Origin: Octopus vulgaris
Lineage: Eukaryota
Direction: 5' to 3'
Assembly (NCBI GenBank): GCA_951406725.2
Contig: OX597822.1
Location: forward strand, 113,274,001 to 113,338,000
DNA: 64,000 nucleotides
Shown here in pieces: positions 13,121 to 27,089 of the stretch; position 1 is the stretch's first letter, and each line of letters starts with the position of its first letter. Position numbers and translations under genes: made by a program. The notes below the pieces were generated by a model. It was not told the origin of the DNA and did no database searches. It worked only from the letters and a program-made list of their open reading frames with translations.

Positions 13121-14649
13121 TAACTATTTTTGCATATTTGCAAAACAGAAAATTGTTTTAAGATATCGTAATACTTACTGTGACTATTATCGATGTTATA
13201 AGTTATTAATTGTTCATGCAGTGACTGGGGATCTCAGGATTAAAGTTTGCTGCGGAAACAAACAAAAGATGCCACATTGTGTCTTTGCGTAGACTATCAG
13301 TGGATGCGGCCTGTGTATTACAAATGACGATGTATTGTAAGAATGGCATAATTTATGATAGATCAAATATATTGTTTGCATATCATTGTTGTAGAATTTT
13401 TTCTGCTGAGACAAAACGGTACTTTTGAGACGTATTGTCATCTAGATACGCTGCGAATGTTGGAGACGTGAAATGTCTTTTTTTTTCAGTGTGTTGACAA
13501 AGGCTAAAAGTACATCATACACTTAGCTCAAATGAAGTTACAATCTGGTTGGCTTCACTTTCAATAAGGTTTTTATGTAAATATATTCGACTTGCTGATC
13601 ATTAGTTGGTTCGCTCCACACGCTTTTTCCTGCTTCTCCTCTTCAAGATAACAAATTTGACTGTGAAATCTCGACCACCATTGTTATTGCAGTAAGATAA
13701 TCATATATGTTCCACAACCGACTGAATAACATCGTTCTATGCAGGTTGAACGATATTAATGCCTCTATTTTCAGGTTGGATTTTCACTAATCCTCTTGAA
13801 TAACCTCTCTCTCTCACTTAATTTAATTCGTGTGATATAACGGGATTCATCATGTACCGAATAGATTTTTGTTTCCTTAAACACCTCCGCCTAAGATGTT
13901 AATAATGGCAGTTCCAACTTCTTAATCGCGCTGTAGAATATAACACTCGGTTTACATAGTAAAAGACTAAGAGCAAAGTTGAGCGGAACATGCAAGCAAA
14001 CTTTTTTCTTTCTCATTCCCCACTATGTTTGAAATAGTCTTAGGTGTTTCAACGAAGGCTGTAGTGAAAAAACACTGTTGCCTAAAACGTTGAGACCCCT
14101 CTAGTCTACGGTTAAAAGCTTTGCATAATTACAACCAAGACTTCTAATTTGACTTTTGCTGTCAGAATACAAATTCTTCACTCTATTGTCTCCTTTAAGC
14201 ACAGAACGATGCTTCATCTGAACTTATATGAAGTTTACATTGCTATAGTAGCTTGTTCAATAAACAAGGAATATTCTTTCTTATTTTTTGTCCGTTGTTG
14301 AAATCTTCTACTATAGTAGTTTAACAAGGTTGATTATTCTTTGCGAGTAGTTTCCTTGTTCCTCTCAATATTCTTTTCATAGGAAAGGTTAATGATTTTG
14401 GTACCCTAATACCTGTCTCCAGCACCTGCTAGTTGTTTGTGAACCTTTTTTTGGTAAACGCACAAATTCTGGGTATAAGTGCAGCATGACAAGTTAGTGT
14501 ACAATCGAATGTAAAATCTGTAGGCGTTCTCTGTATCAAACCGCATACCATGTTCTCTCTATTTCTCTCTCTCCCCTCCTATCTTGCTCTCCTTTTCTCT
14601 CGCTCTCCCTTCTCTCTATCTATCTCATTCTCTTTCTCTCTCTCTCTCT

Positions 14650-15670
14650 ACTTTCTGCATCATCCGCTCCCGTATATATAGGACCCCGCTTGCTCTATGA
14701 GCCTCCAATTAATTTTGTATAGGGTTCCTTTATCCTTAAGGTACTACAAATGGCTGGCCAGGGATGTGACGCAACGCCTTTCCGGAATCTGAAAAGAGGA
14801 CCTATGGTTGTACGGTCGAATCGATGTGTCTCCGAATTTAAGTGGTGGTTGTGTTCCCGACTCTGGTGTTTCTTACATTGGCCTGGTTTGTTGAGGCTGC
14901 TGTCATTGCCGTCGGTGCTATTATTACAGGGCGTGGGTCCGCTGATACCACTGTTGTTGTTGTTGGCGTATTGGTCATCCTCAACCTTAGTGTTGGTGTT
15001 GGTGTTGCTGTTGCCGGTGGCGTTGTGGCTGCCGTCGGTGCTGTTATTTCTGGGCGTGGGACTGGTGAATCCGCCGACACCTCTAACTGCAGTGCTGTTG
15101 TTGCTGCTACGGTCATAGTCGTTGGCGTCTCTGCCGCTTAATGCTAACCCCTCAGCCTTGCATTAACCCCGCCTCCACTAGGCAGTCAATGTATTCTACG
15201 CGTGAGCAATCGGCCTCTGCTCACGTTTCATGGGTGCTCACCAATATTCTTTACATGTTGGGTGCACAACGAAAGGAGAAATTTAAGTTGTGCCTATTGG
15301 ACAAACCTCCGTACCTATGTGTCTGAGTTAAGTGCTTGTCTACTAACCTAAGAAATATCCTTCCCACTCAAGTTTTAAAGTTGAGGGGAAAGGGTAGGGC
15401 AAACCAAACGACCTTCCGGTGGCGCTTCCATTTGCGGGAGCTAGGGCTTGGTATATAAGAGATGCTTTCCTTAAATTCACTGGACACTCGTTGTAGTATG
15501 GGGGCTGCGGCATCGAAAATGTCTTGATTCGAGGACATATTGGAGATCCTATTGCTGACACCCTTCACGAGGTTCCTTAACACGATAGGCTATTTGCAGG
15601 AGGCTGTGTTGATGTAGGAGAGCCTTTTGCTTTGTTTCCAGTAGGGCCTGCATGAATTGGATCCAAGACG
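14650..15670 (-). mobile_element. Penelope-like element fragment: RT C-terminus, low-complexity linker, GIY-YIG C-terminus
   Basis: RPYWKQSKRLSYINTAS...LVKGVSNRISNMSSNQDIFDAAAP, RKVVWFALPF, and TSLASHL*YLKDKGTLYKINWRLIEQAGSY match Penelope ORF motifs; stops and frameshifts present. Confidence 0.85.
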
Positions 15671-15696
15671 TCACACTAGACTTGCCCACGGCTACT

Positions 15697-15760
15697 GGGG
15701 TCTGACGAACCGTTTATGAAGAGCTAAGCGCTTCATGGATGCGAAACCATTGGTCACTCT
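15697..15760 (+). ncRNA. Type I hammerhead-ribozyme-like motif in inverted PLE terminal repeat
   Basis: GGGGT-CTGACGA-AC-CGTTTATGAAG...CTTCATGGATG-C-GAAA-CCATTGG-TC-ACTCT: intact core, 11-bp stem II, GUC site; stem II closing pair is C-C. Confidence 0.75.
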
Positions 15761-16101
15761 ATGACCGGACGTATATTTAACTTTATGCAAATATATACAT
15801 ATACACACATACACACATTACACGCACACACACATACACATTTATATGTATACATACATACATAGATATACATTCATATATATATACATATATATACCTA
15901 CATATATGTATATGTATATATATATACAAATTTATATATATACACACACACATTTATATATATATATATATACATTTATATATAAATACACACATTTATA
16001 TGTATATATATACACACATTTATATATACATACATATATATATATATACATTTATATATAAATACACACATTTATATGTATATATATACACACATTTATA
16101 T

Positions 16102-16174
<73 letters not shown>

Positions 16175-17077
16175 TTTAGGTTTGTAGGTTGATTGTTAGA
16201 ACATTTCGTGACAGCAGTTTAATGCCTTTATTACAGTTAAAACTCGGGTGGCTACGCAACTTCAACGAATCAGTCGGCAAAGTCCAAAGGAGAAACCATC
16301 ATTGGTTAGCCTTCCGCTCTGCTTAACCGGTTCGGAATGAGTTGCTATGATTTATTCAGATGCCTTGTCTGTAGGGTTGCTCTGCCATCATCGTTAACTA
16401 GTTACTTCAGCATGACAAGATACTTAATCTGTTTATCACACCTTCATTCCAAAGTCTTGTGAAATATCAGATTTTGAAGTAAGATATTTATGAGGAATTA
16501 TTATTTTCGGTCCAAAAATTATTTTTTAACCTAATTCAACTCATGAGAGTCGCGTTTCTGAACAATTCTCACAACTGATCTAGATTTACCAAACATAAAC
16601 GATTTCCTTCAAACTCTATGATCGAACTTAGTTCGCCCCGTTCACGTGAAATGAGAGTAACGGAAGATTTCTACAGAATCAGGAAAGCACCAGATAGTGA
16701 CCACCTAGAAATAACAACCAATTCTCAATCAAATCAAATGTTTAAGAATCCATCTATCTTTATATGGAATTTTTTTTTCCAACTTGGCAAAATCGCCATA
16801 AATTTTAGTTGAAGTTTTAACAGGTTGTTGTGATATTCATGCCTTTCATACAAACATTAATGATACAAGTAAAGCGAATGGATGAAATGAGGGAATGGAA
16901 ATAGTTAAGAGACTTGGTTCATTGGGAATTGTCGTTAAATTATCAAAGTTTATTGTTTATAATTTTATTACAGCACAAACTCACCCACCCATTTTTATTT
17001 CAATACTAGCAGTGATATCCGTTGTTGATCGGGTAAGTACTTTTACTCTTTCTCGGGAGCCACATTCAAAGTGTTAT

Positions 17078-17560
17078 TTAGTTAATTAGTTAGTTAGTTA
17101 ATTTTTTGGCTCAATAAACAAAACAGCAAGACCATGTAGGGGGACATGGAGTTATGTACAGGGTGGTGTTCATATGAAGAGTTCAGGCCACTTGTGGTCA
17201 AGGGGGACTTTGAACCGAGCGGTCGTCGGCATCTTCACTATCTCGTCCAGCAGCTTATTCCACGGATCCGCAACCCAAACGGAGAAAGCCCCTCTCCTTC
17301 GATTGAGATGAAATCGTCGCAGATAGAGCTTTTCGGAGTGACCCCGCAGCCGACGCTCTGGAGCAGGAGTGAAGAACAGCTCTTTCGAGAAGGTTACACT
17401 TTCCGCTTATGATGTTGTGAGCAAGAATGAGATCACCACGGCGTCGTCGTTTTTCTAGAGAATAAAGGTCGAGCGTCTTCAACCTTTCTTCATAAGACAA
17501 ATGCTTGAGACCATGAACCATGCGGGTAGCCAGCTTCTGGACTCTTTCGAGATGCTATTT
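17078..17560 (-). mobile_element. CR1-group LINE, well-preserved 3' end with (TAAC)n tail
   Basis: [42 protein letters not shown]...RGHSEKL...[12 protein letters not shown]; one frameshift; tail of TAAC repeats. Confidence 0.92.
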
Positions 17561-17725
17561 ACTCCTCCTGTATGTGTGTATCTTATAAGAAAAAAAAAAC
17601 ATGTAATAATTGAAGCAGAAAAAAGATCAATTTCATACAGGAACTTCTGTTTGTTTATTATACGACAATAATGAGTTGTATGTGTTATTTTATATATCAA
17701 TATAGTAATGGCAATTATAAAATAC

Positions 17726-17845
17726 ACAAGGCTTTGGTCTGCACGGAGCTGTAACGAAAGAGAATTGCCCAACGTGTCGCACAATGGGACTGAACTCAAG
17801 GCGACATGGTTGGAAAGCAAACTTCTCAACCACATAGCCACGCCT
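17726..17845 (-). mobile_element. SINE family B, 5' head fragment
   Basis: GGCGTGGCTATGTGGTTGAGAAG...GAGTTCAGTCCCATTGTGCG on - strand. Confidence 0.7.
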
Positions 17846-18409
17846 ATAAAGGAGAGATACATTTTGGATAACATACTCCTTGATACAATATGCTTAACAA
17901 AAAGATGGGACGTTTACGGCGAGAAGATCTTTGATTTTAGTATTTACTCGAGCAATCAACAACTAACAACTAGAGGAGTTCCAGATGACAGACTTTTATG
18001 TTTATTACCAAAACAAATAGATTTATAAATCTTACGTTAAACTTTTATAGAAAATTTCCAACAGGTCTCTATCCCTGCATGCTTCAAATCTCTCCTTAGC
18101 GTTGTGAGACACATTTTGAAGCATTTCAAGAGTTAGCTCCTGCACTGCTAACTGTGTTCTTTAAGCTCAGCTAAACGATTGCTCCATCTTGAGGATGGAG
18201 GTAAAGAAAATGATTGCTGCCAGATTGAAAAAAAGCTGTCATGGACAAATAAGAGGGGTCCGACAGGAATGAAAATAAGATTGTAAACAAAATTCAAAAT
18301 TTATACACTTTTAAACACATATTAAACATAAGTATAAATAAAAGTGGGGTTTTAAAAAATGCATCCGATCTCACTCAAATCATCATTAATTCTGGGACAT
18401 CCTGTATTT

Positions 18410-19246
18410 ACTCGTCCGACTAAACGGGGGCGGGAACACGGGGAGAACTATTTGCGGGTGGTGAGTGTAGCTTCCAGAAGTGGTCACGCGGTCAAACTTA
18501 AATGGCTGTGAGTCACAACAGCAGTTTGTTTTTTCGTTTTTGTATGAACATTTTGTACTGTATAGTTCAGACATGGATGACATAGGAAGCAGACATCCTG
18601 CCGGGCCATGCTGTGTTGCGCAGAATTGGAAATGTGAAACATCAACAGGACACTTTTGGAGAATGGATGAATGGGTTTATTGTACCTTTTACCCATCTGC
18701 ACAGACACGCACATGGCCCGGTGGCGCGCGGGATGGTAACATGAAGCTTCAACAGGGAGCCGACAAAAAATTTAATTTTCTTATCATTTCCTCTACCAAA
18801 TTGGCCAAAATGTTTTCATGAAATATTATACGCTGTTTATAATGCATAAGTAGTGTCAATATTTTATCGTCGGAAAATGGTCAAAAGCAAAGATAAAACC
18901 CAGTGCAGTATACTCAAATCTGATTAATCTGCATTGGGGGAGGGCATAGTCAACGTCAACAACAATTCGAGGAGCCTGATTAATGTTTGTTCCAAATTTG
19001 GAGGAAAGCGACTGGATACTCTTCAAGTTACGGGCCTTAACGTTGCGAAAATGCTTTAAAAACGCGGTTTATCTGCCCCTGGGCCCGCATTAGGCAAGAA
19101 GTTGAAAATTATTTGGCCCATGACACTCCATGGACCCTAAGTTATGCATGTGCAAAATTTCATTAAAATTAGTTGGGTGGGTCTCGAGCTAAAACGACAT
19201 AACAAACACACAGACAGACACACGTCCTGTGTTTTATACATATAGA
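18410..19246 (-). mobile_element. Probable non-autonomous Helitron-like element
   Basis: Right end ACAGACAGACAC..TTTTATACATATAGA resembles the end of the Helitron at 34921-35318 (5'-TC on -); left end degenerate (ACTCGT for ACTAGT, GC-rich subterminal). Confidence 0.5.
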
Positions 19247-19269
19247 TATAATTGATTCCATAATATATT

Positions 19270-19470
19270 TCTGTACGAGGCCTGAAATATTAGGGAAGGA
19301 TCCTAGTCGATTACATCGACCCAGTACTTGACTGGTACTTATTTTATCGACCTCGAACGAATTAACAGCAAAGTCGGCCTCAGTGGAATTTGAACTCAGA
19401 ACGTAAAGACAGACAAAATGCCTCTAAGCATTTTGTCCGGCGTGCTAACAATTCTGCCAGTTCGTCGACT
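19270..19470 (-). mobile_element. SINE family A (short-tail variant)
   Basis: GTCGATTACATCGACCC, GGAATTTGAACTCAGAACG, GGCGTGCTAACAATTCTGCCAG. Confidence 0.8.
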
Positions 19471-19610
19471 ATAATCTATAAATTAATGCATTCCATAATA
19501 TATTAATATGGCAGAAAATCTCTTCTGAGCAATCGACGAAGAACAAACGCTTTATCTTTTTAGGATAATCGTAACCATGGCACAACGAGATTTGAAGGAA
19601 GTGTCTTAAT

Positions 19611-21890
19611 CAGTAGTTCTATCCAGTGCCGCGTGCGGCCCTCAAACATCCTCCCGGCGACCCTCGATCTTTTTAAAACAACATAATAGAACTCCTAATT
19701 TAGAAAGTTCTCAATCAAATACAGAAATGCTGATACCAAGATTTTAATTGTTTGAAAAATTTCAAGCGTGAGTCTGTTTTAAACAGAAATCACACTTATT
19801 TTCGTTCATTCATTGACTCAAATTTGCGACGAGATACACACACGCGCAAACATTGCCAAGAAACCTTCGATTAGCGGTGTTAGTAAAAGAATAGACCACT
19901 CAGTCAACCATTATTCATACTTTCATCAGCGCATTAATCATCTTCACTGTCAAGGTGGTAATTTCGAAGAAAGCTCGTACATTTATGCAAAAGAACCGTA
20001 CATTTCGAGCCGATTGGGAAGTAAAATATTTTGTGATAGAAAAAAGACGCCAAGACACTCTGCATTCTCTATCCTGTGATGGTAAAGAGTTTAAGCCATT
20101 TAATATTGAGAGGCAGTATAAAACACATTCTGAGGAGTATGATAGCTTCCAGAGAGAAAGGAAAAAGGAAGTTGGAATTCTTAAAGTCAGCGCGTACAAT
20201 ACAAAGGAATGTCTTCAAACGTGATTGTAAAGACGTAACAATGGCATCATGCAGCCACCTTCTGGTGTGCCACATGAAGACGTAATCAGATGGCAACATC
20301 ATGAAATAGGCTACTGTCGTGTTCACTGAAGGATGTTGTTATTCTAGCGTTCAAATGAAAAGATAAGAAAATACAGCTTAGTAATGGCACAGTAACTCGA
20401 CGGGTTGAATGTATATCTAGTGGCCTAAATGACCAGCTTCGCAGTAAGTTGAGGGATTTTGTTTGCTACTCTGTTGCTCTTGAGGCACAAAAGACATTAC
20501 CGAAACAAAGCAATGAGCTGAATTCCTTAGGGGAGTCACGCCAAACTTCCAGATTTACAAAGAATTCCTCACGCTGCATTCCATTCAAGGCTCAACAAAA
20601 AGTACAGATGATATATTCAGGAATTTCTTGCAAGACTTCAACAACCACATTTGCATCAATCAAAGCTGTTTCGGTTGCCACAGATGGAGTTCATTCTATG
20701 CTTGGACAGAAACAAGGACTTCAAGAACTTATTGCCAGATGGCGATCAGTGGACAACCTTACTCCTGTGATATGGAACCCCTGCATTATATACCGGGAAA
20801 ATATCATTGCTAAGTTGCTGAAAATGACCAATGTGAAAGAGGCTGCAATATCAATCATAAATTGGGTTCGTGCCATCATAATTCTAGCCCTGAATATTGT
20901 AATTTCAAGCAATTTCTGGTGGATATTGACGCTGACTATGAAGACATGCTAATGTCCACTGCTGTACGATAGTTAAGTCGTATCACATGCCTCAATAGGT
21001 TCTACAAACTTCTCTCAGAAATCAAAGCTTTTGCTGAAAGGAAGATAATCTTTCCCCAGCTTAGCAACAAAGAATGGAGTGATGATCTGGCTTTCATGGC
21101 TGGTATCACCGGACATATTTTGACTTTGAACCGCGCCCTACAAAGCAAGGACACGCTCTACCATGAATTGTACAGTACAATGATCACCTTCATTGCAATG
21201 TTTCGCCATTCGAAGGTGAAAATTGCACGTGGCACTATGATCCCCCACCCACCCACCCACACACACACTTCCTGATGACAAGAGCCACAGATCCATACAA
21301 TAAGTACAGCAGGATCATCAGTGATTTGATTGATGGACTTGAACGCTGTTTTAATATCATCGAGGATTCCTTGCTCTGGAGGAAAATATTTTCAGCACCT
21401 CTTGGAACAGATGCGGCCACTGCTCCTGGCGAATTTCAAATGGAGTTCCTGGACTTGCAGTGAGATGTGGAGCTGATATCCGCATTCAAAGATAGCTAGC
21501 TACTTGACTTCTAGAATCGAATCCCAGAGAGGAAATATCCTAAATTGAGTGCTAATGCGCAGAAAAATGCCTCTGTATTTGGTTCAACATGTGCGTGAAG
21601 CCCTTTTCAGCAAACTAGGTACCAAAACAAAATATTATAACTGATTGACTGACCACTTGTCAACCACTGCTTGCACACTGCATTTTCCACCATGAGCCTT
21701 TGTTGTAACAAACTAGTTGAAAGTCGGAAAGCAAAATAATGTTTCACATTAAATTCCACTTTTTTAATGACTATAATAACTATAAGTAATTTTTCTATAA
21801 TTAACTTGTGCTTTTCTTTTTTGGGTGCGGTTCCCTAAAAAAATTTAGGTCTTGAATTGGCCCATATATTAAAGAAGTTGAGAACCACTA
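19611..21890 (+). mobile_element. Full-length decayed hAT DNA transposon (Charlie/Buster-like, GTF2IRD2-type transposase pseudogene)
   Basis: Perfect 8-bp TSD GTCTTAAT (19603-19610, 21891-21898); TIRs CAGTAGTTCT / AGAACCACTA; remnants FRADWEVKYF, VATDGVHSMLG, CIIYRENI, AVR*LS, DLAFMAGITGHILTLN, VFGST. Confidence 0.9.
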
Positions 21891-22536
21891 GTCTTAATAA
21901 TAATAGATTTTCTTTAGTGTGTGTGTGTGTGGCAAAAAAAGTATTTTCATAGCGACAAAATGTTAACTATAGTAAAGTTTGTGAATTAGTTTTGGTAGTA
22001 ACTTACTCTGCAGAACTAGCATCTTAACTACTTGTTACTTTCATAACTATGAATGGAAGTGACTGATATCATATGTGCTTTGATTTAAAGTTATTTCCAA
22101 TAGAATGAGTCTCGGAGATTTTGACAGATTAGTTTAAACCGACAGAAAAAAAAAATATATATATATAAAGTGAGCAGAATGACAGAGTAGCAGGTGGAAG
22201 AGATTGCAGGACTGACTCGCTGTTTGGCTGATATTTAGCACTGAGACCGATAAATTGTAGATGAAATCTATTAAGGCTAACAGACCGATGAGTGATAAGG
22301 GAGAAGTGATAGTGCTGATTTTAGATAACAAGCAAACTGACTCGTGTATTTTCGAAACTGTCGAATATTTTACAGAAACGTCCCGTAATGACCTGACGGG
22401 AAGACTGATGATGGAAAATGTCAATAGCCGTAGTCAATAAAATACTCTTAAACCCACGAAAATTGTTCCGGTAAAAACGTTGTATAAATATGTTAAAACT
22501 AAGCATGCTGTCATCTCTCACTTAAAATCTGTTTGA

Positions 22537-22613
<77 letters not shown>

Positions 22614-23029
22614 GCGGTGCTCCAGTTTGGCCACAGTCAAATGACTGAAACAATTAAAAGAGAGTAAAAGAGTGTATATATATATATATATACATACACA
22701 CAATATATTAATTTTTACTGTTGTAAAAATAATGGTTTTCCCGTTTTCGTTTCTCGTTGAGTTCTACGTCTAGTTATGGTGTCCTGTACTCACGTATATA
22801 TATATTTATATATGCATGTATATATACATGTAGATGTAGGTACGTACATATATGTTTGTATGTATGCATATATTTTATTTATTACATTATTGTCTGACAG
22901 CGCGTTCGCGTCGGGTTCGATTCGATTCGTCGCTTCGTTCCATTTCTTATCCTCCCAGTACTGTTTTATATATATATATATCATTACACCAACAATTTCT
23001 ATTTTATCAGTATATTGTTTGTTTTCAAA

Positions 23030-23420
23030 TCTGGAACAAGGCCAGCAATTTCGGAAATGTGGGTAAGTCGATTACATCGACAATAGTGGTCAACTTGTAT
23101 TTTATCGATCTCGAAAGGGCCGAAAGGCAAAGTCGGCCTCAGCAGAACTCAGAACGTAGAGGAGGTCGAAATTCCGCAGAGCATTTAGCTCGTTGTGCTA
23201 ACGACCCTGCCTTATTTTATCGGTATATTTGGCACAAGAGCAGCAATTTGGGAAAAATGGTTAAGTTGATTACATCGACCCCAGTATTCAACTTGTACAG
23301 ATATTTTATCGACCCCGAAAGGCAGAATCGACCTCGACAGCATTTGAGCTCGGAACTTAAAGACGGACGAAATGCCGCTAATCATTCAACCCGGCTAATG
23401 GTTCTGCCAGCTCGCAGCCC
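23030..23420 (-). mobile_element. Two tandem degenerate SINE family A copies
   Basis: Two successive GATTACATCGAC...TTTTATCGA.C.CGAAAGG...GCTAA units. Confidence 0.75.
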
Positions 23421-24060
23421 TATTTTATCGGGATATTACTATTAGCTTTGATATAACTTGGTTGGGATTCTTGCTGAAAGTACATTTTCTCCCCGGAATT
23501 TGCTTGGAATATAGTAACTAAGCTGCTCTCTTTTCGGTAGGTGGGGCAGTGAAAAAAAAAAATTACTTCATTATTCGTAACGATCGTTTTGAGTGATTGG
23601 CTGTCCAACTTATACGAAAGAGATATTTACGTTGAAAATTATTGTCTACACTAGAATTATTATCTATATGTACTTCATAGAAATCCATGTTGGCTCTGCC
23701 TCAAACCTATTTGCATAACAGGTCGTCAAAGAAATGATATTTCAGAATACTGAAATATTCTGAAATACCATTTCTTTGAAGAGTGGAAACTATTTTTCGA
23801 AGATTGCAATCAAAAATATAAGAAAACAGAGCAACTGGTGAATACCTATTCCCGACTCAGATTGAATCATAACTTTGCACTAACTGACTTTTTGATTCAA
23901 CACATTTTCTCAAATTCTCCCTATCTTTCCTATAAATGATATTTCCGTCTTAAAGCATATCTCTTGGAGCAACATCCCAAAACTCACATGTCCATATGAT
24001 AGAACTTTGTCTCTTTGAATTACTCCGTCCCTTTCTAAACAATTTTTTCTTATACATCAG

Positions 24061-24233
24061 ACTCTTTACTCTTTTACTTGTTTCATTCATTTGACTGTGG
24101 CCATGCTGAACTTATTCTTTGGAAATCTAGTACTTATTCTATCGGTCTCTTTTGCCGAACCGCTAAGTTACGGGGACGTAAACACACCGGCATCGGTTTC
24201 AAGCGATGTTGGGGGACAAACACAGACACATAG

Positions 24234-24322
<89 letters not shown>

Positions 24323-24504
24323 TATATACATACATATATACAACAGGCTTCTTTCAGTTTCCGTCTACCAAATCCACTCACAAGGCTTTGGTCGGCCCGA
24401 GGCTATAGTAGAAGACACTTGCCCAAGGTGTCACGCAGTGGGACAGAACCCGGAAGCATGTGGTTGAGATCCAAGCTTCTTACCACACAGCAACTCCTGC
24501 GCCT
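24061..24504 (-). mobile_element. SINE family B, full length with internal (TA)n/(TG)n
   Basis: Head GGCGCAGGAGTTGCTGTGTGGTAAG, B-box-like GGGTTCTGTCCC, CCTTGGGCAAGTG, (GTAAAAGA) tail. Confidence 0.9.
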
Positions 24505-25172
24505 ATATCTTTAAAAAATAAGTAATTATGTTTCTGACGCTTATTTGTTTGATAATTTCTTCTCTCTCTCTCTGTAACGGGCGTTTTATTAAAGCCTTAA
24601 ATCCTTTTGGGTGAATGTATTTACTCTGACTACAAGCCTACCACTAAATCTATCCTATTGAATTCCATTCAATTTCGATATAGTCAAAATTCCGTGCTCC
24701 GCTATCGGATTGCATTCAGTCTAAATAAAATGTAAAACATAATCATTGAAAATTTTGTTTAAATTTTACAGTGCTAGAAGAAAATAGAAAAATACACCAT
24801 AGATTATGTAAGTTAATTAATTCCGTATAAGGATATTTAGTCATGGCTCCATACTTACCCAGTTGGATTATACTCAATCTATATAAATATCCGGGATTAA
24901 TCACGTAATGCAGTAGATCTGAAATTATGTCATTTCAAATGATATACTTGCAGCTCAATAAAATCCAGCTTGCTTGAACTTCATGTCGTTATGTTCAGGA
25001 GTTCCTCCCACACGTTTCAACTCTCAAATATATACTTAGTATCGATTCGTCCGATACTATAAATCTAAATATATTGATTATATACGATTAGATAATTCTT
25101 AGTTTCCTAGTTTCATTGATACGTCCGGAGATCACACAAACTGTGTTCCATCTTTTCCAGTAACCTTTTATA

Positions 25173-25404
25173 TATTTCTTTACTACCCACAAGGGGCCAA
25201 ACACAGAGGGACAAACAAGGACAGACAAACGGATTAAGTCGATTACATCGACCCCAGTGCGTAACTGGTACTTATTTAATCGACCCCGAAAGGATGAAAG
25301 ACAAAGTCGACCTCGGCGGAATTTGAACTCAGAACGTAACGGCCGACGAAATACGGCTACGCATTTCGCCCGGCGTGCTAACGTTTCTGCCAGCTCGCCG
25401 CCTT
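25173..25404 (-). mobile_element. SINE family A, full length, long-tail variant
   Basis: Near-identical to 7180-7410; imperfect TSD TTTTCCAG.AA..TTTTTATAT. Confidence 0.9.
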
Positions 25405-26299
25405 GTTTTCCAGAAAATTTTTATATCCTGTGTCAGTGCATCAGTTTAATCCCTAACCACTAATATTTTTAAACACAACTTTTTCGAAATTACAGCACTT
25501 GACTTTCAAATTAACTAAATCTGTTCTCTTGTTTCAAAAGCCTCTTTATTTTTACAATCGACTTCAGCTGAACATGACCCATGAATACACACACAAAAAT
25601 TCAATGACTTTATTCTCCTCTTCGCAACGCATATTACGAGGATTGTGGTCGCTGAATCTTTTATTGTGGTAAACAATGTGTGAGTAATAATTCACAGCTA
25701 TTTACAGAGAAGGCTTTCTGAAAGACAGCTTCTAAATTATTGAAAACAAATGTTGTAATCGTTAGTAACATATTATTATCTGAATTACAAATTTCATACA
25801 GTTAATGACATTCTCAGCAAATATCACCGCCATTTTTATCCTCTCTTTAGAAATATTCCTTGATAAAACCAAAAAAAGCAAATAAACTTTAACTTAAAGT
25901 GCCAAATACCGGATTAGAGGACTGTACATCTTAATCATCACATCATCACATTTATTTAGTATGTTTCTCTCTCTCCCTCTCTCTCTCTTTATGTATATAC
26001 ACTCACATTCACACATTCATACACACATGCATACATGTGTACGTTAGAGCATAAGAATAGCATAATGTCTTCTGTGTTTCTGATATAATGGGGTTCAGAC
26101 TCTGCACTTTAGCCTATTCTCCAGAGTGATAAAATTCACGGCGTGTAGGATATAGGAGTTTAATGAGGAACCGATTACTGAGCTCTGAACTCATTGCTAA
26201 TGTTCGTGCATAGCTGCATACTGTTAATTATACACCCTCACACACGTGTGTAAGTTAGTGCGTGTGTGTATGTGTGTGTGTGTGTGTGTGTTGAGGTCA

Positions 26300-26478
26300 A
26301 ATTTTGGCCGGCAGTTTTAGGAGTGAATCGATTACATCGACTCTAGTGTTTAAACTATTTTATCGACCCCGAAAGGACGACAGATACAGTTGACTCGGTG
26401 GCATTTGAACTCAGAACGTACAGACGGATGAAATACTGCTAAGCATTTTTCCGGCGTGCTAACAATTCCGCCCACCTT
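26300..26478 (-). mobile_element. SINE family A, degenerate
   Basis: TCGATTACATCGAC, TTTTATCGACCCCGAAAGGA, TTTGAACTCAGAACG. Confidence 0.75.
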
Positions 26479-26502
26479 GAAAAAATACTCAGATAATCCT
26501 TG

Positions 26503-26877
26503 GTGAAGGCGCATGGCTCAGTGGTTAGTGAAGGCGCATGGCTCAGTGGTTAGAGAGTCGAGCGTACGATCGTGAGGTTGTGAGCTCGAATCTCGGACCG
26601 GGCTGCGTGTTGTGTTCTTGAGCAAGGCACTTTATTTCACGTTGCTCCAGTTCGCTCAGCTGTAGAAATGAGTTGCGACGTCACTGGTGCCAAACTGTAT
26701 CAGCCCCTTTGCCTTTCCTTTGGATAACATCAGTGGTGGGGAGAGGGGAGGCTGGTATGCATGGGCGACTGATGGTCTTCCATAAACAACCTTGCCTGGA
26801 CTTGTGACTAGGAGGGTAACTTTCTAGTTGCAATCCCATGGTCAGTGTCGTGACCGAAGAGGGTCCCCCCCCCCCCA
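26503..26877 (+). mobile_element. tRNA-derived SINE (family C variant) with duplicated head and poly-C end, 14-bp TSD
   Basis: GTGAAGGCGCATGGCTCAGTGGTTA twice in tandem; TSD ATAATCCTTGGTGA at 26493-26506 and 26878-26891. Confidence 0.85.
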
Positions 26878-27089
26878 ATAATCCTTGGTGATAACTCTGC
26901 TGTGCAGTACAACTAAAGAGCGAAGAGAATACTGTGACATGGAAAATCACTGCTAAACCACTTCTATGCTTCACGGTAAGTGCCAAACAGACGTTTTTGG
27001 GGTGGATAGCCTCAAATCTAAAATCGCCCCGAAGTGGAGTGAAAGGGTGAATGATAATTCATCAAAGATTGCATTGCACCATTGGTTTC

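Noticed and set aside
13300-14550. Possible second hAT transposase relic on - strand (also relic coding-like sequence at 3900-4330, 10530-10700, 16200-16750, 46850-47420, 63200-64000)
   Set aside because: Only faint motif resemblance; no TIR/TSD or diagnostic motif found by eye; needs a tBLASTx/Dfam search
14750-15141. Hydrophobic or mucin-like membrane protein ORFs
   Set aside because: Low-complexity linker inside a decayed Penelope element
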